64,000 nt of DNA from Burkholderiales bacterium (GTDB lineage Bacteria > Pseudomonadota > Gammaproteobacteria > Burkholderiales > SG8-39), in assembly GCA_050246035.1 (NCBI GenBank), contig JBFWWT010000005.1, positions 16,575-80,574 on the forward strand. Reading direction: 5' to 3'. The position numbers were made by a program, and so were the translations under genes. Below are positions 9,011-18,697 of the stretch, in pieces. The notes below the pieces were generated by a model. That model had not been told where the DNA came from. It searched no databases and was given only the letters and a program-made list of their open reading frames with translations. Numbering within the stretch: position 1 is the first letter of the stretch; each line of letters opens with the position of its first letter.

Positions 9011-10678
9011 TCACGCGGCCGCCGAGGATTGTATCAGCGCCCAGCGTCCCTCCGCGGCGCGCGCGCGCCCCTCCGCGGCGAGCTTCTCCAGGTGCGCGTG
9101 CAGCGAGCGCCGCGCCACGCCGTGCAGCCGCGGCGAGACGTCGTCGTAGACCTCGGCGACCAGCGTGTCGTCGTCGGCCGCGCCCAGGCGCTCGAGCGCC
9201 CATACCACCTTCTGCTCGCGCGCGAGGCGATGGCGGATCAGGCGCTTGACCTCGCGGTAGGGCTCGCCGATCAGGTAGCCGTGGCCCGGCGCGAGGATGA
9301 GCACGTCCTCGGCGAGCAGCCGCTCGAGCGCGGCGAGGTACTCGCGCATGTCGCCGTCGGGCGGGTTGATCACCACGGTGGAGCCCTGCATCACGTGGTC
9401 GCCCGTGAAGAGCATGCGCGTGTTCTCGAGCAGGTAGCACAGATGGTTCGACGCATGGCCCGGCGTGTGCAGCGCGCGCAGCGTGAGGCCGCCGAACATG
9501 AAGCGGTCGCCGTCGCCCAGCACGTGGTCGGGCGCGAACGTCTGGTCCTGCCCGGGGTGCGGCGGCGCCGGGCGGCCGAGCACCACGGCGCCGGTCGCCG
9601 CCTTGATCGCGGCGGCCGCCGGCGAGTGGTCGAGGTGCGTGTGCGTGCAGAGCACCCAGCGGATGCGCCCCGCGCCCGCCGCGAGCACGGCCTGGATGTG
9701 CTCGTCGAGCGCGGGGCCGGGATCGATGACCGCGAGCTCCTCGGTGCCGACGAGATAGGTGTTGGTGCCGGGCCCGGTCATCATGCCGGGATTGGGCGCG
9801 ATGACACGCGTGACGTACGCATCGAGGCGCTTCGGCACGCCCGGCGCGAGCGCGACGCTCGTCTGCCCGCTCTCCCCCGGGTCGCTCCAGTGGATCTCGA
9901 AATACGGCGCGTCGCGCCGGCGAAAAAGCGCCGGTGCGCCGTCCGCGCCCAGCGCCCAGCAGGCGCGATTGGTCTCGACTTCCATGTCGCGCGCCTGCGC
10001 GACGGCGTCCTTCGCGCGCGCGAAGCGCGCGAGGTCGGCGAGCGTGCTCTTCGTGGCGAAAACGAGCTCCATCTCGCCGCGCGCCTCGCGCTCGATCGCG
10101 TCCTGCGGCCGCAGCCACGCGCTCGCGACGAGCTCGGTGCCGTCGTGCGCGCCTCCCTGATCCTCCGGGGCGAGCGCGAGGAAAAAGCGCGTATCGAACC
10201 GGCGAGCGCGCCCCGGCGCCGTGATCCAGTGGCCGAAGTAGGCGAGCTCGCCGCCCCGCAGGACGAGCCGCTCCTTCTCCAGGAACTCGTGGAAGGCGAG
10301 CTTGCCCGCCTGCAGCAGGCCGCGATAGCCGGCGAGCGCGGTCGCGCGCCCCGCGTCCACCGCGCGGCCGCTCTCGTCCTCGGCGAGCAGGATGCCGGCT
10401 TCCTCGAAGCACTCGCGCATCGCGGCCACCCAGTAGGCGAGGCCGCCCGTCTCCACGGCGAGCCGCGCGCTCGCCTCGCTGTCGGTGATGCCGGCGACGC
10501 GGCGCAGCACGCGCACGTCGCGATCGGCCTTGTCGAGCGCGCCGCCGGGAAAGACATGCGCGCCGGCGAGGAACGCCGCGTTCTGCGTGCGCTGCAGGAG
10601 GAAGGCCTCGGGCCCGAGACTGCCGTCGCGAAGCAGCAGCAGCGTCGCGGCCGGGCGCGGGGCGGGCTTCTCGGCCAT
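9011..10678 (-). CDS. NUDIX (NUDT19-like) + MBL-fold (LACTB2-like) fusion hydrolase
   Basis: FPGG...RECFEEAG, WITA...RRFDTRFF; GPGTNTY, THTHLDH, PGH, GDH, PGHG. Confidence 0.88.
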   Translation of the reverse strand: MAEKPAPRPAATLLLLRDGSLGPEAFLLQRTQNAAFLAGAHVFPGGALDKADRDVRVLRRVAGITDSEASARLAVETGGLAYWVAAMRECFEEAGILLAEDESGRAVDAGRATALAGYRGLLQAGKLAFHEFLEKERLVLRGGELAYFGHWITAPGRARRFDTRFFLALAPEDQGGAHDGTELVASAWLRPQDAIEREARGEMELVFATKSTLADLARFARAKDAVAQARDMEVETNRACWALGADGAPALFRRRDAPYFEIHWSDPGESGQTSVALAPGVPKRLDAYVTRVIAPNPGMMTGPGTNTYLVGTEELAVIDPGPALDEHIQAVLAAGAGRIRWVLCTHTHLDHSPAAAAIKAATGAVVLGRPAPPHPGQDQTFAPDHVLGDGDRFMFGGLTLRALHTPGHASNHLCYLLENTRMLFTGDHVMQGSTVVINPPDGDMREYLAALERLLAEDVLILAPGHGYLIGEPYREVKRLIRHRLAREQKVVWALERLGAADDDTLVAEVYDDVSPRLHGVARRSLHAHLEKLAAEGRARAAEGRWALIQSSAAA

Positions 10679-10679
10679 C

Positions 10680-11555
10680 TCAGGCGGACCGGCCGGCGCG
10701 GTCCCTGTCGTTCTGCGCCTTGATCAGCTCGCGCGCCTTCTGCCAGTCGGCGTCGGTCATTCGGTCGAGCTCGGTGAAGTAGGCGCCGGTGGCGAGGTAC
10801 CCGGCGCCGTCGATGGCGATCGTCTCGCCGGTGAGCCACTCGCAGCCTTCGGCCATGAGGAAGGTGGCGAGGTTCTGCAGCTCCGACATCTCGCCCACGC
10901 GGCGCATGGGATTCACCTTCGTGGACTCGCCGAAGCTCGAGCCGGGCCGCAGCCGCTTGGTCGCGCCCTCGGTGGGGAAGGGGCCCGGCGCGATGGCGTT
11001 GAGGCGAATGCCGTACTTGCCCCACTCGACGGCGAGCGACTTCGTCATGATGTGCAGGCCTGCCTTCGACATCGCCGAGGGCACGACGTAGGGCGAGCCC
11101 GTCCACACCCAGGTGACGAGGATCGAGACCACCGAGCCCTTGTGCCCGCCCTCGATCCAGCGCCTGCCGACCGAGTGCGTGACGTAGAAGGTCCCGTGGA
11201 AGACCGTGTTGGCGATGGCGTTGAAGCCGTTCGGCGACAGGTCCTTGGTCGGGCTGATGAAGTTGCCGGCGGCATTGTTGACGAGTCCCGTGAGCGGGCC
11301 GGACTCGTCCCAGATGCGCTGGATCATCGCGTCCACCGCGGCGTAGTCGCGGATGTCCACGGCGTGCGTGCGCACGCTGCCGCCGTGCTTGTCGGTGAGC
11401 GCCTTCGCCGTGTCCTCGAGGACGGGGCCGCGCCGGCCCGCGATCCACAGGCTGGCGCCAAGCTGCAGGTACCTCTCGGCGATTTCCTTGCCGAGGCCGG
11501 TGCCGCCCCCGGTGATGAGGATGTTCTTGCCCTTCAGCAGCCCGTCCCTAAACAT
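10680..11555 (-). CDS. SDR, 2,4-dienoyl-CoA reductase-like
   Basis: TGGGTGLG, NNAAGNF, PSAMSKAG (no catalytic Tyr, as in DECR-type SDRs), NAIAPG. Confidence 0.85.
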   Translation of the reverse strand: MFRDGLLKGKNILITGGGTGLGKEIAERYLQLGASLWIAGRRGPVLEDTAKALTDKHGGSVRTHAVDIRDYAAVDAMIQRIWDESGPLTGLVNNAAGNFISPTKDLSPNGFNAIANTVFHGTFYVTHSVGRRWIEGGHKGSVVSILVTWVWTGSPYVVPSAMSKAGLHIMTKSLAVEWGKYGIRLNAIAPGPFPTEGATKRLRPGSSFGESTKVNPMRRVGEMSELQNLATFLMAEGCEWLTGETIAIDGAGYLATGAYFTELDRMTDADWQKARELIKAQNDRDRAGRSA

Positions 11556-11695
11556 TCGCGCCTCGTCATGGTTCGAGCGCGTATTGTAGGCGCGGAACGC
11601 AGCCAGGCCGCGAACCGGGCGACCAAGGCGTGCACGAACGCCGAGCGCTCGCGGCGCGCGGCGGCCTGCAGGGCTTCGACATCGATGCGGCTCAT
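11534..11695 (-). CDS. Small protein (53 aa, RSP_7527-like)
   Basis: ATGA-coupled to DUF2917; IDVEALQAAARRERS pattern. Confidence 0.5.
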   Translation of the reverse strand: MSRIDVEALQAAARRERSAFVHALVARFAAWLRSAPTIRARTMTRRECLGTGC

Positions 11696-11919
11696 GACAG
11701 CGCCACCGTCGCGTCGCCGAAGGCGTGCACGAGCGCGAGGCCGGGCCGCGACAGCCGGTAGCTGCGGCCGGCCTCGAGCACCACGTCCTCCGGCACGTTC
11801 TCCTCGGTGATCCACACGCTGCCCTCGCGCACCCAGATTACGCTGCCGAGGGCGTCCTTCACCTTCAAGGTCTGGCCCGGCACGAGCCGCAGGGCGCCGG
11901 GCTCCAGTTCGATTCTCAT
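11692..11919 (-). CDS. DUF2917 protein
   Basis: VREGSVWITEE...DVVLEAG; AGGAG RBS; divergent from LysR. Confidence 0.85.
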   Translation of the reverse strand: MRIELEPGALRLVPGQTLKVKDALGSVIWVREGSVWITEENVPEDVVLEAGRSYRLSRPGLALVHAFGDATVALS

Positions 11920-11929
11920 GGCCGTCTCC

Positions 11930-11957
11930 TTCGAGGAACTGCGTTCAAGGAATTGCG
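11930..11957. repeat. Tandem imperfect 14-bp direct repeat
   Basis: TTCGAGGAACTGCG / TTCAAGGAATTGCG (12/14 identical). Confidence 0.6.
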
Positions 11958-12020
11958 TTTGGCATGAGCATGGTGCATCCTGTGCGCCGCCGGCTCAAAC
12001 GGGAAATACGCAGGAGATGC

Positions 12021-12971
12021 ATGAGTAAAGGGAATGTAAGGCTGCCGTCGCTCGACCTGCTGCGCGGCTTCGAGGCCGCCGCGCGGCTGCTCTCGTTCAC
12101 GCGCGCGGGCGAGGAGCTGCACCTCACGCAATCGGCGGTGAGCCGGCAGATCCAGGAGCTCGAGGGCCAGCTCGGCGTGCCGCTCTTCGAGCGCCGCCAC
12201 CGCGCGCTCGCGCTCACCGACGCCGGCCAGCAGCTCTACCCGGCGGCCGCGCAGGTGCTCGCCACGATGCGCGCCGCCACCGACCGGCTGCGCGCGCTCG
12301 CGGGCCGGCGCGGCCTCGCGGTCACCACCACGCACTCGTTCGCCGCGCTCTGGCTCATCCCGCGCCTCGCGAGCTTCACGCGCGCGCATCCGGGCGTGGA
12401 CGTGCGTATCGCCGCCGACATCCGCGTGCAGGACCTCGAGCGCGACGGCCTCGACGTGGCCATCCGCCACGGGCCCGCGAGCCTCGCCGGGCCGAACGCG
12501 GCGCGCCTGTTCGGCGAGCGCGTCTTCCCGGTGTGCAGCCCGAAGCTGCTGAAGGACGCGCGGCGCCCGCTGAAGGCGCCGGCCGACCTGCGCCACCACG
12601 TGCTGCTGCAGTACGACGATCCCGACGCGCGGCACCCGTGGCTGCACTGGCGCACCTGGCTCGAGGTCGAGCGCCTGACGGATCTCAAGCCCGCCGGGCG
12701 GCTGTCGTTCTCCGGCTACGAGCAGATCATCGGCGCGGCGATCGCCGGCCACGGCGTGGCGCTCGGGCGCATCCCGCTGCTGAAGGATGCGCTCGCCGCG
12801 GGCGAGCTCGTCGCGCCCTTCGAGCGCACCGCCGATCCAGCGCGCGCCTACTACGCGGTGGTGTCGCCGAACGCGCAGGGCCGGCCGGAAGTGGCCGAGT
12901 TCGTCGAGTGGCTGAAGCGCGAGGCGGCGGGCGCCGAGCCTACAGCAGCGCCGCGGAAGAAAGGCGCCTGA
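12021..12971 (+). CDS. LysR-family regulator (GcvA-like)
   Basis: LPSLDLLRGFEAAARLLSFTRAGEELHLTQSAVSRQI; AGGAG RBS. Confidence 0.92.
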   Translation: MSKGNVRLPSLDLLRGFEAAARLLSFTRAGEELHLTQSAVSRQIQELEGQLGVPLFERRHRALALTDAGQQLYPAAAQVLATMRAATDRLRALAGRRGLAVTTTHSFAALWLIPRLASFTRAHPGVDVRIAADIRVQDLERDGLDVAIRHGPASLAGPNAARLFGERVFPVCSPKLLKDARRPLKAPADLRHHVLLQYDDPDARHPWLHWRTWLEVERLTDLKPAGRLSFSGYEQIIGAAIAGHGVALGRIPLLKDALAAGELVAPFERTADPARAYYAVVSPNAQGRPEVAEFVEWLKREAAGAEPTAAPRKKGA

Positions 12972-13563
12972 CGCCCGCCCGCTTCATCGCCTGCCACGCG
13001 GCCGCGAGCGATCCGTCCGTGTCGATCGCGCGGCAGGCATCCTCGATCACCGCGGCCTGGAGGCCGAAGCGGCGCGCGTCGAGCGCGGTCCAGGCCACGC
13101 AGAAGTCGGTGGCGAGGCCCGCGCAGAACACGCGCTTCACGCCGCGCGACTTCAGGTAGCCGTCGAGGCCCGTTTTCGTCTTCCGGTCGGCCTCGAGAAA
13201 CGCCGAGTAGCTGTCCACCTTCGGGTGGTGCCCCTTGCGGATGATCAGCTGCGCGTGCGGGATGTCCAGTCCCGCGGCGAACGCGGCGCCGGGCGTGCCC
13301 TGCACGCAGTGATCCGGCCACAGGATCTGCTTGCCGTAGGGCAGGCGCTTCGTCTCGAAAGGCTTCCTGCCCGGGTGGCTGGAGGCGAACGACGCATGCC
13401 CGGCGGGATGCCAGTCCTGGGTGAGCACGACGACGGCGAAGCGCCGCGCGAGGTCGTTGACGAGCGGCACGATCTCGTCGCCGCGCGCCACCGCGAGCGC
13501 GCCGCCCGGCAGGAAGTCGTTCTGCACGTCGACGACGAGGAGCGCGTCGGCGGCGCGCCGCAT
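12940..13563 (-). CDS. pncA: Nicotinamidase/pyrazinamidase
   Basis: VDVQNDF, QDWHP..H, WPDHC, RKG, DSYSAF, LATDFC. Confidence 0.93.
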   Translation of the reverse strand: MRRAADALLVVDVQNDFLPGGALAVARGDEIVPLVNDLARRFAVVVLTQDWHPAGHASFASSHPGRKPFETKRLPYGKQILWPDHCVQGTPGAAFAAGLDIPHAQLIIRKGHHPKVDSYSAFLEADRKTKTGLDGYLKSRGVKRVFCAGLATDFCVAWTALDARRFGLQAAVIEDACRAIDTDGSLAAAWQAMKRAGVRRLSSAALL

Positions 13564-13564
13564 G

Positions 13565-14542
13565 TCAGAGCGTGAGGACGAGCTTGCCGATGTGCGTGCT
13601 CGATTCCATCAGCCGGTGCGCCTCGGACGCTTCCTCGAGCTTGAAGGTCTTGTAGATCACGGGCCTGATCTTGCCCGCCTCGATGAGCGGCCAGATGCGG
13701 CTCCTCAGGCTCGCGGCGATCGCGCCCTTGAACTCTACCGGCCGCGGGCGCAGCGTCGAGCCCGTGAGCGTGAGGCGCCGGCGCATCAGCTCGTTCACGT
13801 CGAGCTCGGTCTTCGGGCCGCGCAGGAAGGCGATGAACACGAGCCGGCCGTCGTCGGCGAGCGCCTTCAGCTCCTTCGGCACGAAGTCGCCCGCCGCCAT
13901 GTCGAGGATCACGTCCACGCCCTTGCCGCCCGTGGCCTCGCGCACCAGCGCGGCGAAGTCCTCGGTCTTGTAGTTGAAGGCCTTCTCCGCGCCGAGCTTC
14001 ACGCAGGCGTCGCACTTCTCGGCCGAGCCGGCGGTGGCAAAGACGCGATTGCCGGTCGCGGCCGCCATCTGGATCGCGGTGACGCCGATGCCCGAAGAGC
14101 CGCCCTGCACGAGCAGCGTCTCGCCCGGGGCGAGCCGCCCGCGGTCGTACACGTTCGACCAGACGGTGAAGAACGTCTCCGGCAGGGAGGCGGCCTCCAC
14201 CATGGACAGACCCTTGGGCACGGGCAGCGCCTGCACCTCCGGCGTCACGCAGTACTCCGCATATCCGCCGCCGTGCGTGAGCGCGCACACCGCGTCGCCC
14301 GCCTTCCACGATTTGACCGCGCTGCCGCAGGCGACGACTTCGCCCGCGATTTCGAGGCCCGGAAGGTCCGAGGCGCCCGGCGGCACCGGATACAGGCCCT
14401 GGCGCTGCAGCACGTCGGGGCGGTTCACGCCCGCGGCCGCGACCTTCACCAGGATCTCGTGGGGCTTGGGCTCGGGCCTGGGCCGCTCCACGGGGCGCAG
14501 CGCCTCGGGCCCGCCCGGCTTGTCGATTTCGATGGCTCGCAT
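13565..14542 (-). CDS. NAD(P)H-quinone oxidoreductase, PIG3 family
   Basis: GVNRPDVLQR, SLPETFFTVW, GGSSGIG, GSTLRPR, HIGKLVL. Confidence 0.9.
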   Translation of the reverse strand: MRAIEIDKPGGPEALRPVERPRPEPKPHEILVKVAAAGVNRPDVLQRQGLYPVPPGASDLPGLEIAGEVVACGSAVKSWKAGDAVCALTHGGGYAEYCVTPEVQALPVPKGLSMVEAASLPETFFTVWSNVYDRGRLAPGETLLVQGGSSGIGVTAIQMAAATGNRVFATAGSAEKCDACVKLGAEKAFNYKTEDFAALVREATGGKGVDVILDMAAGDFVPKELKALADDGRLVFIAFLRGPKTELDVNELMRRRLTLTGSTLRPRPVEFKGAIAASLRSRIWPLIEAGKIRPVIYKTFKLEEASEAHRLMESSTHIGKLVLTL

Positions 14543-14594
14543 GGTGCGCCGCATCTTAACCCAGGCGGCGCGCCCGACTATGATGCGCGGCTCC

Positions 14595-16496
14595 ATGCCG
14601 CGCGCGCTCGCCCTGCTGACCGTGCTGATCTCCGCGTCCGTGCAGGCGGCCGGGCCCGCGCCGCTGCCCGACGCGAGCGGCCGCGCGTCGCTCGGCGCGC
14701 ACGTCGAGGTGCTCGAGGACGCGAGCGGGAAGCTCCGCCTGGAGGACGTGCGCTCGGCGCCGCATGCGTCGCGGTTCGCGCCGGCCGGCGCCGGTACGCT
14801 CAACCTCGGCTACACGCGCTCGGCCTGGTGGCTGCGGTTCGACCTCCCGGGCGGCGCCCCCGCGGGCGAGGAGCTGCTGCTCGAGATCGCGTATCCGAGC
14901 GTCGATCGCCTCGAGCTCTACCTCCCCGAGGCGCCGCCGGGCGGGGAGACGCGTTACTGGCAGCGCGTCGCGGGCGACCGGTTCGCCTGGGACGCGCGCG
15001 AGGTGAAGCATCGCAACCACGTCTTTCGCTTCGCCGCCCCGCAACCGGCCGGCGCGCACACCTACTACCTGCGCGCCGAGTCGCAGAGCGTGCTCACCCT
15101 GCCGCTCACGCTGTGGCGGCCGGAGGCCTTCGCCGCGCGCGACCGCGACGCGCAGCTCGTGCTCGGCCTGTTCTACGGGCTGGTGATCGCGCTCGTGCTC
15201 TACAACCTGATGCTCTACTTCGCGGTGCGCGACCGCGTGTACCTCTACTACGTGATGTACGCGGCGGCCTTCGGCGTGTTTCTCCTCGGCTATGACGGGC
15301 TCGCCTACCAGTACCTGTGGCCGCACAGCGTCTGGGCCGCCAACCACGCGGTGGCCATGTCGCTCGCGCTCTCGCTCGCGCTCGGGGCGCTCTTCGCGCA
15401 CGCCTTCCTCGACATGCGGCGTATCGCGCCGCAGGCGGGCCGCGCGATGCTCGCCGTAGTCGCCGCGGGGCTCGCGCTCGCGGCGAGCGCCGCCATCGGC
15501 TGGCCGCTCGACTACGGCGGCGTGCTGCGCGCGATCTCGGTGCTCGGCTTCGTGACTGCCGCAATTGCGACCACGGTCGCCGTGCGCGCGCTGCTCGAAG
15601 GCTACCGGCCCGCGCGCTTCTTCCTCGTCGCCTGGGGTGCGCTGCTCGGCTTCATCGCGGTGGGCGCGCTGCGCAACTTCGCGCTGGTGCCGACCAACGT
15701 CGTCACCCTGCACGGCCTGCACGTCGGCTTCGGCCTGGACGTGTTGCTGCTGTCCTTCGCGCTGGGCGACCGCATCAACCTGCTGCGCCGCGAGCGCGCC
15801 GCGGCGCAGGGCGAGGCGATGGAGGCGCAGCGGCTGCTGCTGGACGCCACGCGCGAGAGCGAGCGCGAGCTCGAGGCGCGCATCGCCGAGCGCACCGCGG
15901 AGCTCAATCGCGTGAACGAGCGCCTGCGAACGGAGGCCGCCGAGCGCGAGGGCCTGATGGAGCTGCTGCGCCACCAGGAGGAGCACCTGCGCTTCATGGC
16001 GCAGCACGATGCGCTCACCGGCCTGCCCAACCGCCTTTCCATGCAGCAGCGCCTCGCGCTCGCCATGGAGCTCGCCAAGCGCAATCGCAAGAAGCTCGCG
16101 GTGATGCTGGTGGACCTGGACGACTTCAAGAAGATCAACGACACGCGCGGCCATCCCGCCGGCGACCAGGCGCTTGCGCAGCTCGCGGCGCGCCTGCGCA
16201 CCAGCGTGCGCGGCTCGGACACCGTGGCGCGCTACGGCGGCGACGAGTTCGTGATCCTCGCGGGCGAGCTCGACCGCAGCGAGGACGCCGCCATGATCGC
16301 GGAGAAGGTGGCCGACATGATCCAGGTGCCCGTGGCGCTGCCCGGCGGGCCCGCGCGGGTGTCGTGCTCCATCGGCATCAGCGTGTATCCGGACGACGCG
16401 GACGAAGCGGAGGCGCTCATCGAGCTCGCCGACAAGGCGATGTACGCGTCGAAGACGGGGAGGGAGCGGCGGTACGCGTTCTACGCAGCGGGCTGA
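14595..16496 (+). CDS. 7TMR-DISM sensor diguanylate cyclase
   Basis: Signal peptide, LNLGYTRSAWWL, 7TM region ending SFALGDRI, coiled coil, HDALTGLPNR, RGSD I-site, GGDEF. Confidence 0.9.
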   Translation: MPRALALLTVLISASVQAAGPAPLPDASGRASLGAHVEVLEDASGKLRLEDVRSAPHASRFAPAGAGTLNLGYTRSAWWLRFDLPGGAPAGEELLLEIAYPSVDRLELYLPEAPPGGETRYWQRVAGDRFAWDAREVKHRNHVFRFAAPQPAGAHTYYLRAESQSVLTLPLTLWRPEAFAARDRDAQLVLGLFYGLVIALVLYNLMLYFAVRDRVYLYYVMYAAAFGVFLLGYDGLAYQYLWPHSVWAANHAVAMSLALSLALGALFAHAFLDMRRIAPQAGRAMLAVVAAGLALAASAAIGWPLDYGGVLRAISVLGFVTAAIATTVAVRALLEGYRPARFFLVAWGALLGFIAVGALRNFALVPTNVVTLHGLHVGFGLDVLLLSFALGDRINLLRRERAAAQGEAMEAQRLLLDATRESERELEARIAERTAELNRVNERLRTEAAEREGLMELLRHQEEHLRFMAQHDALTGLPNRLSMQQRLALAMELAKRNRKKLAVMLVDLDDFKKINDTRGHPAGDQALAQLAARLRTSVRGSDTVARYGGDEFVILAGELDRSEDAAMIAEKVADMIQVPVALPGGPARVSCSIGISVYPDDADEAEALIELADKAMYASKTGRERRYAFYAAG

Positions 16497-17452
16497 GCGA
16501 GCAACCGCCGCGCCGCCCAGGCGAGATCGACGTTTCCGCCCGAGATCACGACGCCGACTTTCTGGCTGCGGGCGTCCAGCTTTCCCTGCAACAGCGCGCA
16601 GGCGGCGAGCGCGCCCGTGGGCTCGACCACGATCTTCATGCGCTCCCACAGGAAGAACATGCTCTGCGACAGCTCGTCGTCGGTGACAGTGAGGAAGTCG
16701 TCGACGCACTGAAGGATGGTCGGGAAGGTGAGCTTCGGCCCGAGGGAGGCCGTGCGCGCGCCGTCGGCGATGGTGTCGGGCGTTGCGATGACCTCCAGCT
16801 TCTTCGAGCGGAAGGAGCGCGCGCCGTCGTCGCCCGCAGCCGGCTCGACGCCGATCACGCGGCAGCCCGGCGACAGGTGCTTCGCCGCCACCGCGCTGCC
16901 CGAGAGCAGCCCGCCGCCGCCGCAGGGCACGAGCAGCACATCCAGCGGTCCCGCCTCCTCGATCAGCTCCTTCACGGCGGTTCCCTGCCCGGCGGCGATG
17001 TGGGGGTGGTCGAAGGGCGGAATCAGCGTCATGCCGCGCTCGGCGGCGAGCTTCTCCGCGATTTTCTGCCGGTCCTCGTTGTGCGCGTCGTAGAGGATCA
17101 CCTCGGCGCCGTAGCCGCGCGTGGCCGCGAGCTTCACCGGCGGGGCGTCGGTGGGCATGACGATCACCGCCGGCACGCCGAGCAGCCGCCCGGCGAGCGC
17201 GACGGCCTGCGCATGATTGCCCGAGGAGAAGGCGACCACGCCCTTTGTCTTCTGCTCGGGGGACAGCTGCGAGAGCGCATTGTAGGCGCCGCGGAACTTG
17301 AAGGCGCCCATCCTCTGGAAGTTCTCGCACTTGAAGTGCACGCGCGCGCCGGCGAGCGCGTCGATCGTGCCCGAGGTGAGCACCGGAGTGCGTTTCGCCG
17401 CCGCGCGGATGCGCTCGTGCGCCGCCGCGACTTCTTCGTAGGTGAGGACCAT
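16481..17452 (-). CDS. PLP Ser/Thr dehydratase (threo-3-hydroxyaspartate ammonia-lyase / serine racemase-like)
   Basis: [41 protein letters not shown]. Confidence 0.88.
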   Translation of the reverse strand: MVLTYEEVAAAHERIRAAAKRTPVLTSGTIDALAGARVHFKCENFQRMGAFKFRGAYNALSQLSPEQKTKGVVAFSSGNHAQAVALAGRLLGVPAVIVMPTDAPPVKLAATRGYGAEVILYDAHNEDRQKIAEKLAAERGMTLIPPFDHPHIAAGQGTAVKELIEEAGPLDVLLVPCGGGGLLSGSAVAAKHLSPGCRVIGVEPAAGDDGARSFRSKKLEVIATPDTIADGARTASLGPKLTFPTILQCVDDFLTVTDDELSQSMFFLWERMKIVVEPTGALAACALLQGKLDARSQKVGVVISGGNVDLAWAARRLLAQPAA

Positions 17453-17458
17453 GGCGCA

Positions 17459-17468
17459 ATTGTAGAAT
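17459..17468. promoter_or_regulatory. Overlapping divergent -10 elements (TACAAT on -, TAGAAT on +)
   Basis: 6 and 7 nt from the ATGs at 17452 and 17476; no SD on either side. Confidence 0.6.
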
Positions 17469-17475
17469 GCCGCGC

Positions 17476-18288
17476 ATGGACTACTCCAAGTACAGCGAGC
17501 TGAAAATCCGCACGATCGAGCCCGGGATCCTCGAGATCGTGATGGGCGACGAGGCAAGCGGCCGGCTCTCCACCGCCGGCCACCGCATGCACGCCGAGCT
17601 CGCCGAGATCTGGCGCGACGTGGACCGCGATCCCGAGGCGCGCGTCGTCATCCTGCGCGGCGCGGGCAAGGGGTTCTCCGCCGGGGGCGACTTCAGCCTG
17701 ATCGAGGACATCATCCAGGACTTCGACACGCGCGCGCGCGTCTGGCGCGAGGCGCGCGACCTCGTCTACAACCTCATCAATTGCTCGAAGATCGTGATCT
17801 CCGCGATGCACGGGCCGGCGGTGGGCGCGGGGCTGGTCGCCGGGCTGCTCGCGGACATCTCCATCGCCGCGAAGAACGCGCGCATCATCGACGGGCACAC
17901 GCGCCTGGGCGTGGCGGCGGGCGACCACGCAGCGATCGTCTGGCCGCTCTTGTGCGGGATGGCGAAGGCGAAGTACTACCTCCTCACCTGCGAGCAGGTC
18001 TCGGGCGAGGAGGCCGAGCGGATCGGCCTCGTGTCGCTTTGCTGCGAGGAAGCCGAGCTGCAGGCGAAGGCGCTCGAAGTCGCGCGCAAGCTCGCCTCGG
18101 GCGCGCAGACGGCGCTGCGCTGGACCAAGTACAGCCTGAACAACTGGCTGCGCCTGGCGGGGCCGACGTTCGACGCGTCGGTGGCGCTGGAGATGCTCGG
18201 CTTCACCGGGCCCGAGGTGCGCGAGGGCGCGGCCTCGCACCGCGAGAAGCGCAAGCCCGTCTTCCCGCCGCCGCCCAAGGACTTCTAG
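17476..18288 (+). CDS. Enoyl-CoA hydratase/isomerase family protein
   Basis: [26 protein letters not shown]. Confidence 0.88.
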   Translation: MDYSKYSELKIRTIEPGILEIVMGDEASGRLSTAGHRMHAELAEIWRDVDRDPEARVVILRGAGKGFSAGGDFSLIEDIIQDFDTRARVWREARDLVYNLINCSKIVISAMHGPAVGAGLVAGLLADISIAAKNARIIDGHTRLGVAAGDHAAIVWPLLCGMAKAKYYLLTCEQVSGEEAERIGLVSLCCEEAELQAKALEVARKLASGAQTALRWTKYSLNNWLRLAGPTFDASVALEMLGFTGPEVREGAASHREKRKPVFPPPPKDF

Positions 18289-18295
18289 GTCTCTC

Positions 18296-18697
18296 GTGCT
18301 CGCCGGCCAGCGCCCGCGCAGCCTCGGCCTCCGGGACGGGCGGCTCGCGACCTGCGGCCGGCGGCTCAACTGCGTGAGCAGCCAGGCCGATCCGCACGAC
18401 GCGCAGCGCTGCGTGGCGCCGATTGCCTTCAGGGGAACGACGGCCGATGCGATGGCCGCGGCGCGAAGCGCCGTCGAATCCATGCCACGCGCCGCTGTCG
18501 TGCGGCAGGACGCGAACTACCTGCACGCGGAATTCACCTCGAAGTGGCTCGGCTTCGTGGACGACGTGGAGTTTACGTTCGAAGAGGCCGCGGGGCTCCT
18601 GCACGTGCGCTCGGCCTCGCGCCTGGGGCGCCGCGACTTCGACGTGAATCGCAAGCGCGTGGAGGCGCTGCGCGCGGCGATCGGAGCGAACCCGTGA
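18296..18697 (+). CDS. DUF1499 protein
   Basis: NCVSSQ, GFVDDVEF, RSASRLG..DFDVNRKRVE. Confidence 0.85.
   Translation: MLAGQRPRSLGLRDGRLATCGRRLNCVSSQADPHDAQRCVAPIAFRGTTADAMAAARSAVESMPRAAVVRQDANYLHAEFTSKWLGFVDDVEFTFEEAAGLLHVRSASRLGRRDFDVNRKRVEALRAAIGANP

Noticed and set aside
9011-10678. Beta-lactamase call for the MBL domain
   Set aside because: No signal peptide; LACTB2-like motifs and NUDIX fusion
11916-11978. Possible leader peptide MHHAHAKRNSLNAVPRRRRP, ATGA-coupled to DUF2917
   Set aside because: No RBS; overlaps the probable promoter region; DUF2917 has its own AGGAG
1765-17452. DSD1 aldolase plus hydroxyaspartate-lyase-like gene as a beta-hydroxyaspartate cycle
   Set aside because: About 14 kb apart, with no BhcA, BhcD or BhcR neighbours
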